A stretch of 64,000 nucleotides of DNA from Acidimicrobiia bacterium. Its GTDB lineage: Bacteria > Actinomycetota > Acidimicrobiia > Spongiisociales > JAHEDJ01. Below are positions 17,889-27,049 of the stretch, in pieces. The stretch lies in NCBI GenBank assembly GCA_029210695.1, contig JARGFH010000011.1, positions 1,010 through 65,009 on the forward strand, written 5' to 3'. The notes beneath the pieces were generated by a model. The model worked only from the letters and a program-made list of their open reading frames with translations, made no database searches and was not told the origin of the DNA. Positions within the stretch are counted from its first letter, which is position 1, and each line of letters begins with the position of its first letter. The translations under genes and the position numbers were made by a program.

Positions 17889-18464
17889 ATGGCAACCTGC
17901 ACGAACTGCAAAGCCGAACTCACCGAGGGATACGACTTCTGCCTGGCCTGCGGCATGCCGGTTCCGACCGATGTCGCGGTCCCGGATCTAGATGACGGCG
18001 CCCAACCCGAGGTACTTCCCCCGCTCCCGCCGCAAGGCGCAACCGCCACCCCCGAACCTCCCCCGTTCATCCCTCCCCCGCCACCGGCAGGTCAGGACGC
18101 CCCTGCCGTCTTCGCAGCCGGCGCCATGCCGACGAGCGAAGAGCGCACCTGGACGATCGCCGCCCACATCTCGGCGTTCGTTTCATTGGTCGGTATCCCG
18201 CCGGTTATCGGACCACTCGTGGTCTGGTTGATGAAGAAGGACTCGTCACCGACGATCGATGCCCATGGGAAAGAGGCGGTGAACTTCAACCTCTCGTTCC
18301 TGCTGTATGGGATCGTGGCGTTCTTGCTGCTCTTTGTACGGATCGGATTCATCCTGCTACCGGTCGTTGCCATCGCCTGGTTCGTCCTGGTGATCGTGGG
18401 CACCATGAAAGCTTCGAACGGCGAGTTCTACCGGTACCCGGTGACGATCCGCTTCATCAAGTAG
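17889..18464 (+). CDS. Zinc-ribbon + DUF4870-like membrane protein
   Basis: N-terminal CTNCK...CLAC ribbon, Pro-rich linker, then two TM helices typical of DUF4870. The 17532 ORF start would overlap whiB7 and is rejected. Confidence 0.6.
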   Translation: MATCTNCKAELTEGYDFCLACGMPVPTDVAVPDLDDGAQPEVLPPLPPQGATATPEPPPFIPPPPPAGQDAPAVFAAGAMPTSEERTWTIAAHISAFVSLVGIPPVIGPLVVWLMKKDSSPTIDAHGKEAVNFNLSFLLYGIVAFLLLFVRIGFILLPVVAIAWFVLVIVGTMKASNGEFYRYPVTIRFIK

Positions 18465-20130
18465 CCGACTCCGCCCACCGAATGGCGCCTGCGGCCGACC
18501 CGGGAACGATCGGCGCGGCGGGCGTAACCGGTTCGATCCTTTCGTAAGGTTGGCCGAGTTCGGGCCGGGAGTCGACATCGCCCTTGTTGGGCCAAAGCGC
18601 CACTGCGCGTTCCGCCATGGCGGTAATCGAGAGGGATGGATTCACGCCGAGGTTGGCGCCGATAGCTGCTCCATCGACGACGTGCAGGCCCTCATAACCG
18701 AACACCCGGTGGTAGGGATCTATCACACCCTCCGCCGCCGTCGCTCCAACGGGCGCTCCGCCCAGGATGTGAGCCGTCAAAGGTATGTCTAATAGGGCTT
18801 CATTGAGGCTGCTGCCCGGTTCTCCGCCCATCGCCTCGGCTGCCACCCTCGCCGCTTCGTTGGCGATGGGGATGTAGGTCGGAGTCGGCCGACCCTGGTC
18901 CGGAGCTGTCGTGAAACGGCCGTTCTTTCGGAAGAGGCGCAGGCTGTTGTCCAGGCTTTGCATGACCAGGAGGATCACCGTCCGCTCCGACCAATGACGC
19001 AGGTTCATCGCCCGAATCAGCTTGAGAGGGCTGGTGGCCGCGGCTCCCAGGAATCGTAACCAGCGCGGCACCCTTCCTCCGCCATCAACCAGAATCGTGG
19101 TCAGAAGACCCATCGAGTTGCTCCCAACCGGATATCGCACCGGTTCGACATGTGTGTGTGGTTCCGGGTGAATCGAGGACGTGATCGCCACGCCCTCGCT
19201 ATAGTCGACCATCGAGTCGGACGCAGATGCTCCCAGAATCGCCTCGCTGTTGGTCCGGAACTGGTAGCCAAGCCGGTCGGAGAGTCCAGGGAGCGAGCCC
19301 TCCTTCAACCTGAGCAGCAACTTCGAGGTCCCAAGGGCTCCCGCAGAAAACACGACATGGGTGGCGGTGTACTTCTTCGGTCTCTTGTTGAACCAGGCAC
19401 CGGGCTTTTCAGTCGAAACCAGGTATCCGCCGCCCTCTATCGGAACAACGTTTGTCACTTGATGCTGCGGATGAATGTCCGCCCCGTGTGCTTCGGCCAT
19501 ATACAGGTAGTTGCTCGGGAGTGTGTTCTTTGCGTGAAAACGACACCCGACCATGCATCCACCGCACTGCTTGCACCCGGTGCGACTGGGACCCTCACCA
19601 CCGAAATACGGGTCGGGCACCTCGACGTTCTTCTCGCCGAAGTAGACGGCGACCGGCGTCGGCTGAAACGTATCCTCGACTCCGAAGTGGGCGGCCACTT
19701 CTTTCATAACTCGATCGGCGTTGGTTTCCGTCGGGTTTTCCTCGACACCAAGCATCCGCTCCGCCTGGTCGTAGAACGGCGCCAGCTCGTCTTTCCAATC
19801 CGTAACCGCGCCCCATTGGGGATCCGAATAGAACGCTTCATGCGGGCGGTAGCAGACATTGGCCCACACCAGCGATCCCCCGCCGACCCCTGCGCCGGAG
19901 AGAATCATCACATCCTTGAGCAGAGAAATCCGTTGAATACCCCGCAAGCCGAGTCTCGGGAACCAGTAGAAGCGCCGGGCGTCCCAGTTGGTCTTCGGGA
20001 GCGTGGCGGCGGTCCATCGCTTCCCTGCCTCGAGCACGCCGACCCGGTAGCCCTTCTCGGTGAGGCGCATGGCGGAGACACTGCCGCCGAACCCACTCCC
20101 GATGATCAAGACGTCGTAATCGTGAGCCAT
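18457..20130 (-). CDS. GMC-family FAD-dependent oxidoreductase (cholesterol-oxidase/choline-dehydrogenase-like)
   Basis: ADP-binding fold DVLIIGSGFGGSVSAMRLTEKGYRVGVLEAG at the N-terminus. 557 aa from the ATG at 20130. Confidence 0.8.
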   Translation of the reverse strand: MAHDYDVLIIGSGFGGSVSAMRLTEKGYRVGVLEAGKRWTAATLPKTNWDARRFYWFPRLGLRGIQRISLLKDVMILSGAGVGGGSLVWANVCYRPHEAFYSDPQWGAVTDWKDELAPFYDQAERMLGVEENPTETNADRVMKEVAAHFGVEDTFQPTPVAVYFGEKNVEVPDPYFGGEGPSRTGCKQCGGCMVGCRFHAKNTLPSNYLYMAEAHGADIHPQHQVTNVVPIEGGGYLVSTEKPGAWFNKRPKKYTATHVVFSAGALGTSKLLLRLKEGSLPGLSDRLGYQFRTNSEAILGASASDSMVDYSEGVAITSSIHPEPHTHVEPVRYPVGSNSMGLLTTILVDGGGRVPRWLRFLGAAATSPLKLIRAMNLRHWSERTVILLVMQSLDNSLRLFRKNGRFTTAPDQGRPTPTYIPIANEAARVAAEAMGGEPGSSLNEALLDIPLTAHILGGAPVGATAAEGVIDPYHRVFGYEGLHVVDGAAIGANLGVNPSLSITAMAERAVALWPNKGDVDSRPELGQPYERIEPVTPAAPIVPGSAAGAIRWAESAT

Positions 20131-20233
20131 AGGGTGATCATAGGGTCCAACGGAGCTGAAGCGCTGGTCGGCAAAAAGGAGTTCTAGGTTCTGAGCTCTA
20201 GGTTCTTTAGGTGTTTGCAGCAACTGTTGATGC

Positions 20234-21241
20234 TCAGGGGCGATGGCTCAGGAACTCATCGAGGTCGGCGATCAGTGCCTGCTTCTCGTCGTCCGGCACA
20301 AACGACGCAAGGAGCGAGTTGCGGGCAATTTCGGCCATCTCGTCGTCGCTGAATCGCAGCGCAGCCTTCGTTCCTTCATAGTTGTCTCCGATGTAGCCAC
20401 CGAAGTACGACGGATCGTCACTATTGATCGACACATTGAGCCCGAGATCGATCATCCTCCTGAGGGGATGATCCTCGAGGCGATCCACCACCGCCAGCTT
20501 CACGTTCGAGTAGGGACAGACGGTGAGTGGAACCTGCTCTGTAACCAGACGTGCGACCAGCTCAGGGTCTTCGAGTGCCCGATTGCCGTGGTCGATACGC
20601 TCCGCTCCCAGCACGTCGAGCGCCTCCCACACGTACTCGGGGGGACCCTCTTCGCCTGCGTGGGCAACGAGCCGGAGGCCCTCATCCCGGGCAGCCGCGA
20701 AAACGCCGGCGAAAGCACCGGGCGGATTGCCGACTTCTGAAGAGTCGAGCCCAACACCCAGCAGCTGCTCCCTGAACGGCAGTGCGGCTTCGAGTGTGTC
20801 CATCGCCCGTCCGGCAGGCAGGTGACGAAGGAAACACAGGATGAGGCCGGAAGACAATCCGAGCTCGGCACGGCCGGCCGCCAGCGCGTCGGCAATCCCG
20901 CCGATGACGGCATCCAGAGGCACGCCCCGCTCGGTGTGGGTTTGCGGATCGAAGAAGATCTCCGCGTGCACGACGCCGTCGGCCGCGGCCCGCTCGAGAT
21001 AGGCGGAGGTGAGATCGAAGAAGTCCCGGCGGGTGAGCAAGGTCCTGGCCGCTTCGTAGTAGACGTCCAGAAACGACTGGAGGTTCGTGAATTGAAACGC
21101 TTCCTCGATCTCGTCAACGCTCGAGTAGCGGAGCGGCACATGGTTCCTCGCCGACAACGAAAGCAGCATCGACGGCTCGAGAGTCCCTTCGATGTGAAGA
21201 TGCAACTCGGCCTTGGGCAGTTCTCTCACGAACTCACTCAC
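20234..21241 (-). CDS. add: Adenosine deaminase
   Basis: Motifs LPKAELHLHIEG and SINSDDP. Confidence 0.85.
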   Translation of the reverse strand: MSEFVRELPKAELHLHIEGTLEPSMLLSLSARNHVPLRYSSVDEIEEAFQFTNLQSFLDVYYEAARTLLTRRDFFDLTSAYLERAAADGVVHAEIFFDPQTHTERGVPLDAVIGGIADALAAGRAELGLSSGLILCFLRHLPAGRAMDTLEAALPFREQLLGVGLDSSEVGNPPGAFAGVFAAARDEGLRLVAHAGEEGPPEYVWEALDVLGAERIDHGNRALEDPELVARLVTEQVPLTVCPYSNVKLAVVDRLEDHPLRRMIDLGLNVSINSDDPSYFGGYIGDNYEGTKAALRFSDDEMAEIARNSLLASFVPDDEKQALIADLDEFLSHRP

Positions 21242-21341
21242 GACGCCCCTTTCTCCTCATGGGCAACAGACTATCCGCGTCGTAGTCCACAGATTACGGT
21301 CGCCGCTGCGGGCGACGCCACCGGCCACTAGCGTCGAGAGC

Positions 21342-22712
21342 ATGAGCACGCTCCTCGTTCGCAATGCTTCCGTTCTGGTGACCATGGATGAACAACGCAG
21401 GGAGATCCCCGATGGCGGCCTCTTTGCCAGAGATGGGTGGATTGAACTTGTCGGACCGACGGACGAACTCCCATCCACAGCGGATGAGGTTCTCGATGCC
21501 CGCCATCATGTTGTCCTCCCGGGTCTGGTCAACACCCATCACCACTTGTATCAAACACTCACCAGGGCAGTACCGGCTGCTCAGGATGCCGGCCTGTTCG
21601 ACTGGCTGAAGACTCTGTATCCGATTTGGGCTCGCATGACGGCCGCGGATATCTTCGTGTCTGCACAGATAGGGCTTGCGGAGTTGGCGCTCTCCGGGTG
21701 CACAACCGCCTTCGACCATCTCTACTTGTTCCCGAACGACGCCCGCCTCGACGATGAGATCGAAGCTGCGGAAACTGTCGGTATCCGCCTCCATGCCTCA
21801 CGCGGCTCGATGAGTCTGGGAGAGAGCAAGGGCGGGCTTCCACCCGATTCTGTTGTTGAAACCGAGGACGCCATCCTCACAGACACCCGGCGGTTGATCG
21901 AGACCTACCACGATCCGGCTCCCGGCTCGATGGTGCGCATCGTGGTGGCTCCCTGCTCGCCGTTCTCGGTCACAACCGCCGGGATGCGGGAGTCGGCCGA
22001 CCTGGCCCGTCAATACGGGGTGCACCTGCACACACACCTGGCAGAGACGGTCGACGAGGAGCAGTTCTGCCTGACCGCGTTCGGTTTGCCGCCGCTGGCA
22101 TACGCGGAGAGCGTTGGGTGGGTAGGCACAGATGTGTGGTTCGCCCATGGGGTGCATATCGACCGACCCGGTGTCGAGTGGATGGCTTCAACTGGAACCG
22201 GAGTTGCCCACTGCCCGAGCTCCAATATGCGGCTCGCATCCGGTATCGCCCCTGCCCGGTCCTATCTAGAGGCAGGCGTGCGCATCGGGCTCGGTGTCGA
22301 TGGTTCGGCATCGAATGACGGATCACACCTACTGGCCGAGGCGCGCCAGGCATTGCTTCTGAGTCGCCTGGCAGCTTCTCCGACCCTCGGAGGAGGGCCG
22401 CTTCTGCCTGCGCGGAGTGCCCTCGAGATGGCGACGAAGGGTGGAGCGGCGGTACTGGGCCGTGACGACATCGGCGAGCTGGAGACCGGCAAGGCGGCAG
22501 ACGTGATCGCCTTTGATCTGAGTCGATTGGGCTACGCAGGGTCCCTCCACGATCCCGTCGCCGCCCTCGTGCTTTGCCAGCCTCAGACGGTTGACTTCTC
22601 CTTCGTGCACGGCCGGAGAATCGTCGATGGCGGGCGTCTGACGACCCTGGAATTAGAGCCGGCTATCGGGCGCCACAACACTGCATCCAGACGAATCGTG
22701 AACGACGGGTAG
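21342..22712 (+). CDS. Amidohydrolase-family deaminase (8-oxoguanine deaminase / guanine-deaminase-like)
   Basis: Residues LLVRNASVLVTMD...LPGLVNTHHHLYQTLTR and a C-terminal metal-binding HxH/D pattern. Divergent from add. Confidence 0.7.
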   Translation: MSTLLVRNASVLVTMDEQRREIPDGGLFARDGWIELVGPTDELPSTADEVLDARHHVVLPGLVNTHHHLYQTLTRAVPAAQDAGLFDWLKTLYPIWARMTAADIFVSAQIGLAELALSGCTTAFDHLYLFPNDARLDDEIEAAETVGIRLHASRGSMSLGESKGGLPPDSVVETEDAILTDTRRLIETYHDPAPGSMVRIVVAPCSPFSVTTAGMRESADLARQYGVHLHTHLAETVDEEQFCLTAFGLPPLAYAESVGWVGTDVWFAHGVHIDRPGVEWMASTGTGVAHCPSSNMRLASGIAPARSYLEAGVRIGLGVDGSASNDGSHLLAEARQALLLSRLAASPTLGGGPLLPARSALEMATKGGAAVLGRDDIGELETGKAADVIAFDLSRLGYAGSLHDPVAALVLCQPQTVDFSFVHGRRIVDGGRLTTLELEPAIGRHNTASRRIVNDG

Positions 22713-22737
22713 GGTTCCGCGACCCGCGACCCGCGAC

Positions 22738-24960
22738 TCAGAATGCAATGTCTTCCGGCCGGACCGGCACCCTCGTCAGCGCTTTGCCGGTGGCCGCCCG
22801 TATCGCGGCAACCACGGCCGGGGTGGAACTGATGGTCGGTAGCTCGGCGAAGCCCTTGGCACCGAAAGGCCCCCAGCTAGACGGCTGTTCGATGAGGACG
22901 GCCTCAACCGGTGGCGCGTCCAGGAACGTCGGCAACAGGTAGTCGGTGAAGCTGGCGTTGAGGACGACGCCATGATCGACGACGAGTTCCTCCATGATGG
23001 CCAGCCCGATGCCTTGCATCGTGCCGCCTTCGATTTGTCCGATCACCGACATCGGGTTGAGGGCGAAACCCACGTCCTGAGCCGTATCGATCTTCACGAC
23101 CTTGACCAGACCCAGCACCGGATCCACGTCGACGACCGCCCGGTGGGCGGACACGGCGAAGTCAACATGGAGGTTGCCCTGTCCGTTCTCATCGGGTTCA
23201 TCGGTCTGCTGATGCCTGTGGCGGACGTGAGCAGAGAACTCTCGCGCGCGGCATGCCTCCACCAGCGAGACTACGAGTTCACCGTTGCGCCAAACGCCAT
23301 CGTTGGAGAGTGCCTCGGCGCCGTAGTGCTCGAGGATCTCGGTTCGGAGTTGTTCGGCCGCCCGCATGACGGCTCCTCCAGCCATCTGAGTCTGCCGGGA
23401 GGCCGACGTGGACCCGGCGGAGCCGATCTGTGATGTGTGATCGAAGACGACCCGCACCGACTCCACTCCCGTCACCGTTCGGGTTATCTGCTCGAGCACC
23501 GTCACCATGCCCTGGCCGACCTCGATGGCTGCGGTGTGGATGTCGATGCCGACCGGAGTCAACGTGAGTCGGGCCTCGGCAAAATCGTCGAAGCCCTCAG
23601 AAAACGCCAGATTCTTGAAGCCCACCGCATAGCCGACGCCTCGTACCACCACCGAAGATGGCGTCGTCAGACCGGTACCTCCAGGGAGTTCACGCACATC
23701 GGAGGGGATCGAGTCATCGGGGAGCGGCATGGCTCGAACCGATTCGATCACCTCACGGGTCGGAAGTGGCTCGGTTATCACCTGACCGGTGGTGGCCAGC
23801 ACATCTCCCGGACCGATGGAGTTGAGTAGCCGCAGTTCGAGCGGGTCCATCCCGAGTTCCCCGGCGAGGCGGTCCATCTGAGATTCGACGGCGAAGCCCG
23901 TCTGTACGGCCCCGAATCCGCGCATCGCACCGGCCGGAGGGTTGTTGGTACGAAGGGCGTATCCATCAATGAACACGTTCGGACAGCGGTACGGGCCGAC
24001 GGCGAATCCGACCGCGTTTGCTATCACCGCCGGGCTGGTCATCGAGTAGGCGCCTCCATCGAGGAGCAGTTTCGCTTCCACTCGAACCAGGTTGCCGTCG
24101 CGGTCTGCTTCGTGGCGGTAGTACATCCTCGCCGCGTGCCGCTTCACATGGGCGGCGAAACTCTCCGCCCGGCCGAACACCATGCGGACGGGTCGCCCGG
24201 TCTGGAGTGCCAGCAAACAGAGATGCGTTTGAAGGCTGAGATCTTCCCGGGCGCCGAACGCACCACCGAGGCCGGTCGGGTGAACGCGGACTTCTTCCGG
24301 GCGCAGGCCGAGACACGCAACGATCTGTTCGTGGTCGACGTGCGTCCATTGCGTCGGTCCATATACGTCGATGCCTCCCGCCCCATCGGGTATGGCGATG
24401 CCGGCTTCGTTCCCGAGCGGTGCCTGGTCCTGGGTGGCCGTCTCGTAGGTGGCCTCCACGACCACAGCACCCTGCACATCCCGGACCCCCCGATATGCCA
24501 CCGCCTTTCGCAGCACCTCACCGGCGACCAGAGCTTCGTCAACGTCGGTCAAGGGGTCCAGGTTTTCGTACTCGACTTCGATGGCGTCGGCGGCGGTCCT
24601 GGCGATTGTCGGGTCGTCGGCAGCAACAATCGCCACGACTTCACCCCAGTACCGAATGGCGCCGTCGGCCAGCACCGGTTGATCGGTGACGATCTGACCC
24701 TGAAATCGCTCGGCGGGAAGGTCATCGTACGTCAGGACTGCGTGGACGCCCGGCATGGCCACGGCAGACGACACATCGAGGCTGGTGATCCTGGCGTGCG
24801 CATGAGGAGCACGAAGCGTCGCCCCCCACAGCATGTCCTCAGCATGCAGGTCAGAGGCGTAGGCGAAATGCCCGGTGACTTTCGGAATCCCGTCGGGGCG
24901 CGGTACAGACTCACCGACCCCAAACTTCACCTCCAGGTCGGTACCGGCGCGAGTCGTCAT
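22738..24960 (-). CDS. Xanthine dehydrogenase / aldehyde oxidase family molybdopterin-binding large subunit
   Basis: About 740 aa from MTTRAGTDLEVKFGVG. Its ATG overlaps the stop of the 2Fe-2S subunit gene. The 96-aa Arg-rich N-terminal extension of the raw ORF is rejected. Confidence 0.8.
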   Translation of the reverse strand: MTTRAGTDLEVKFGVGESVPRPDGIPKVTGHFAYASDLHAEDMLWGATLRAPHAHARITSLDVSSAVAMPGVHAVLTYDDLPAERFQGQIVTDQPVLADGAIRYWGEVVAIVAADDPTIARTAADAIEVEYENLDPLTDVDEALVAGEVLRKAVAYRGVRDVQGAVVVEATYETATQDQAPLGNEAGIAIPDGAGGIDVYGPTQWTHVDHEQIVACLGLRPEEVRVHPTGLGGAFGAREDLSLQTHLCLLALQTGRPVRMVFGRAESFAAHVKRHAARMYYRHEADRDGNLVRVEAKLLLDGGAYSMTSPAVIANAVGFAVGPYRCPNVFIDGYALRTNNPPAGAMRGFGAVQTGFAVESQMDRLAGELGMDPLELRLLNSIGPGDVLATTGQVITEPLPTREVIESVRAMPLPDDSIPSDVRELPGGTGLTTPSSVVVRGVGYAVGFKNLAFSEGFDDFAEARLTLTPVGIDIHTAAIEVGQGMVTVLEQITRTVTGVESVRVVFDHTSQIGSAGSTSASRQTQMAGGAVMRAAEQLRTEILEHYGAEALSNDGVWRNGELVVSLVEACRAREFSAHVRHRHQQTDEPDENGQGNLHVDFAVSAHRAVVDVDPVLGLVKVVKIDTAQDVGFALNPMSVIGQIEGGTMQGIGLAIMEELVVDHGVVLNASFTDYLLPTFLDAPPVEAVLIEQPSSWGPFGAKGFAELPTISSTPAVVAAIRAATGKALTRVPVRPEDIAF

Positions 24961-25415
24961 GTTCCCTCCACAAGGCTCTGGACGGCACGTTCGATGCCTC
25001 CATATCCCGTGCACCGGCACAGGTTGCCCGACAGGGCTTCCCGGAGCTCGCCGGAGGTCGGCACCGGATTCCGGTCGAGCAGATGCACTCCGGCGACGAT
25101 GAAACCGGGGGTACAGAAACCGCATTGGACTGCGCCATGCTCGACGAACGCCCGTTGGAGCGGGTGGAGGTCGCCGTCGGAACCGATGCCTTCGACTGTG
25201 GTCACTTCGAGGCCGTCGGCGTCGGCGGCCATGACCAGACACGAGCACACGAGATCACCATCCAGCAGCACGGAACACGAGCCGCACTCCCCCTGTTCGC
25301 AGGCGTCTTTGGTGCCCATCAGCCCGAGTTCCTCTCGCAACACATGCAGCAAACTGGCCGGCGTGGTCACCTCGACGTTGGTTGTTCCACCATTGACGAT
25401 CAACCGGATGTTCAT
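24957..25415 (-). CDS. (2Fe-2S)-binding small subunit of the xanthine dehydrogenase / CO dehydrogenase family
   Basis: Ferredoxin-type CEQGECGSCSV motif and the second cluster motif CGFCTPG ... CRCTGY. Confidence 0.85.
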   Translation of the reverse strand: MNIRLIVNGGTTNVEVTTPASLLHVLREELGLMGTKDACEQGECGSCSVLLDGDLVCSCLVMAADADGLEVTTVEGIGSDGDLHPLQRAFVEHGAVQCGFCTPGFIVAGVHLLDRNPVPTSGELREALSGNLCRCTGYGGIERAVQSLVEGT

Positions 25416-26212
25416 ACAAGGCACCTCTCGAGCGCACGGCGAGCCAGTACACCGACGGCCATCTTGCGATACTCCGCAGTCGATCGATGGTCGGTGATGG
25501 GTCGAGATTCCTCGGAGACAAGTCGCTGGAATTCATCCATCGCGGCCTCATCGGGAGCTCTCTCGGCGGACATCATCATCTCGGCCCGCCGGGCACGAAG
25601 AACCGTGGGACCGACTGCACCGAGTGCCACAGTTGTTGCTCCCGCCTCGTTGCGGGTCACACATACCGATGCGATCGAGATGACCATCGCCTGCCGGACG
25701 CCGATCTTGGCAAAGGCCGTTTTCCCCGGCATCTCGTCGGGAAGCCGGGCACCCAGGATGATCTCGTCGGGCCCGAGGGCGCTTTGCTTCGGACCGATGA
25801 GGAACTCGTCCCAGGCCAAAGTTCGGGCGCCCTGCTTCGATACGAGTTCGACGGTCGCGTCGACCGCCGCCAGGAACGGCAGAGCGTCACCGGCCGGACT
25901 GGCAGTGCCGAGGTTGCCGCCCAACGTGCCGGCAGCCCGGATCTGGGGTGAACCTACGGTACGCGACAGTTCGGCAAGGGCCACAATATCGCTCTCCTCG
26001 AGGCGCGAGTAGGTGACACCTGCGCCGATGAATCCGGCGTTCCATGCCTTGAGCTCTTCGACGTGTCTGAGCGAGATGACGTACTCAGGTCGCAGGATTC
26101 CTGCGTTGACCAGCACCATGGCGTCGGTGCCACCGGCGAGAACCAACGCGTCCGGGTGTGATGCGAGTGCGTCGAGGGCGCCCACCAGGTTGTCCGGTCG
26201 AACGATTTCCAT
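25412..26212 (-). CDS. FAD-binding medium subunit of the xanthine dehydrogenase / CO dehydrogenase family
   Basis: Residues LAGGTDAMVL ... AAGTLGGNL. First gene of the three-gene operon. Confidence 0.8.
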   Translation of the reverse strand: MEIVRPDNLVGALDALASHPDALVLAGGTDAMVLVNAGILRPEYVISLRHVEELKAWNAGFIGAGVTYSRLEESDIVALAELSRTVGSPQIRAAGTLGGNLGTASPAGDALPFLAAVDATVELVSKQGARTLAWDEFLIGPKQSALGPDEIILGARLPDEMPGKTAFAKIGVRQAMVISIASVCVTRNEAGATTVALGAVGPTVLRARRAEMMMSAERAPDEAAMDEFQRLVSEESRPITDHRSTAEYRKMAVGVLARRALERCLV

Positions 26213-26251
26213 GAAAGCCAAGCTAGCTTCTCTAATACAGATCCGGAGGTG

Positions 26252-26962
26252 ATGGACGTGACCGAGTTCGATATCGATGCGGTTCTAGCGAGGTGTGAGC
26301 GGCAGCTCGAGTCTGGTGATTCGATCGATCTTGGCGCGGAGGGCTTCTGGAAGGCAGTCGGACGCATCAAACGGGATCCCACGCTCGTTGACCGCTATGC
26401 CGACCAGGTGGGGCGGATCGACCGGCGCGCTTTCGAAGCCTGGGTGTTCCGCAGCTTTCCGATCGCGGTGGGAGAGGCGCTCTTGTGGTTCGGCACGGTG
26501 GCAGGCCTGGTCATCATCGCGGCCGGCTATTACGTCGACGAGCCATTGAACGCTGTCCTGCTCCTGGCCGGAACCGGCGCGTTGCTGGTCACAACACACG
26601 GTCTCGGCCACCTCTTGGTGGGTCGAGCCATGGGCATGAGGTTCACGCACTGGTTCATCGCAGGACTCAGCCGCCCGCAGCCGGGAGTGAAGACCGACTA
26701 CGCCACCTACCTCAGGGTTCCGGCTCGCCGAAGAGCATGGATGCACGCATCCGGAGCATTGGTGACGAAGGCTCTCCCGTTCTTGTTGCTCGGCGCCGCC
26801 TGGGGTATGGAAGCCCCGGTCTGGTCCTGGATCGTTCTGATCGGGCTCGGCATATTGCTCATCATCTCCGATGTGACGATGTCGACAAAGCAATCCGACT
26901 GGAAGAAATTCAGCCGAGAGATGGCGATCGCGCGAGCACTCGCCGACAAAGAGGTGCGCTAG
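26252..26962 (+). CDS. Hypothetical polytopic membrane protein
   Basis: About 236 aa with 5-6 TM segments and no recognised motif. Divergent from the xdh operon across a 30-bp gap. Confidence 0.45.
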   Translation: MDVTEFDIDAVLARCERQLESGDSIDLGAEGFWKAVGRIKRDPTLVDRYADQVGRIDRRAFEAWVFRSFPIAVGEALLWFGTVAGLVIIAAGYYVDEPLNAVLLLAGTGALLVTTHGLGHLLVGRAMGMRFTHWFIAGLSRPQPGVKTDYATYLRVPARRRAWMHASGALVTKALPFLLLGAAWGMEAPVWSWIVLIGLGILLIISDVTMSTKQSDWKKFSREMAIARALADKEVR

Positions 26963-27049
26963 AGAAGAGGTTATAGGTCATAGGTTATGGGTTCTACCTC
27001 GTCGGGCCTCCAACAAGTGCCTGACGCGTAAGAACCTAGAACTCACAAC

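Noticed and set aside
17611-17895. 94-aa minus-strand ORF in the whiB7 leader as an independent protein gene
   Set aside because: It has poor codon usage and overlaps the divergent gene's start. It is treated as leader/uORF sequence, not a stand-alone CDS.
20171-20208. Short CTAGGTT-type repeats (gttctaggttct...ctaggttct at 20171-20208; aacctagaac x2 and taggt-like repeats at 26965-27058)
   Set aside because: Copies are few and degenerate, and the second set overlaps the stop codon of the histidine kinase. Significance cannot be established without genome-wide counts, so they are mentioned only under the purine-cluster finding.
22738-25248. 96-aa N-terminal extension of the xanthine-dehydrogenase large-subunit ORF (starting at 25248)
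   Set aside because: The extension is Arg/Pro-rich low-complexity and overlaps the entire 2Fe-2S subunit gene in another frame. The ATG at 24960 overlaps that gene's stop as ATGA and begins the conserved MTTRAG...KVTG sequence.
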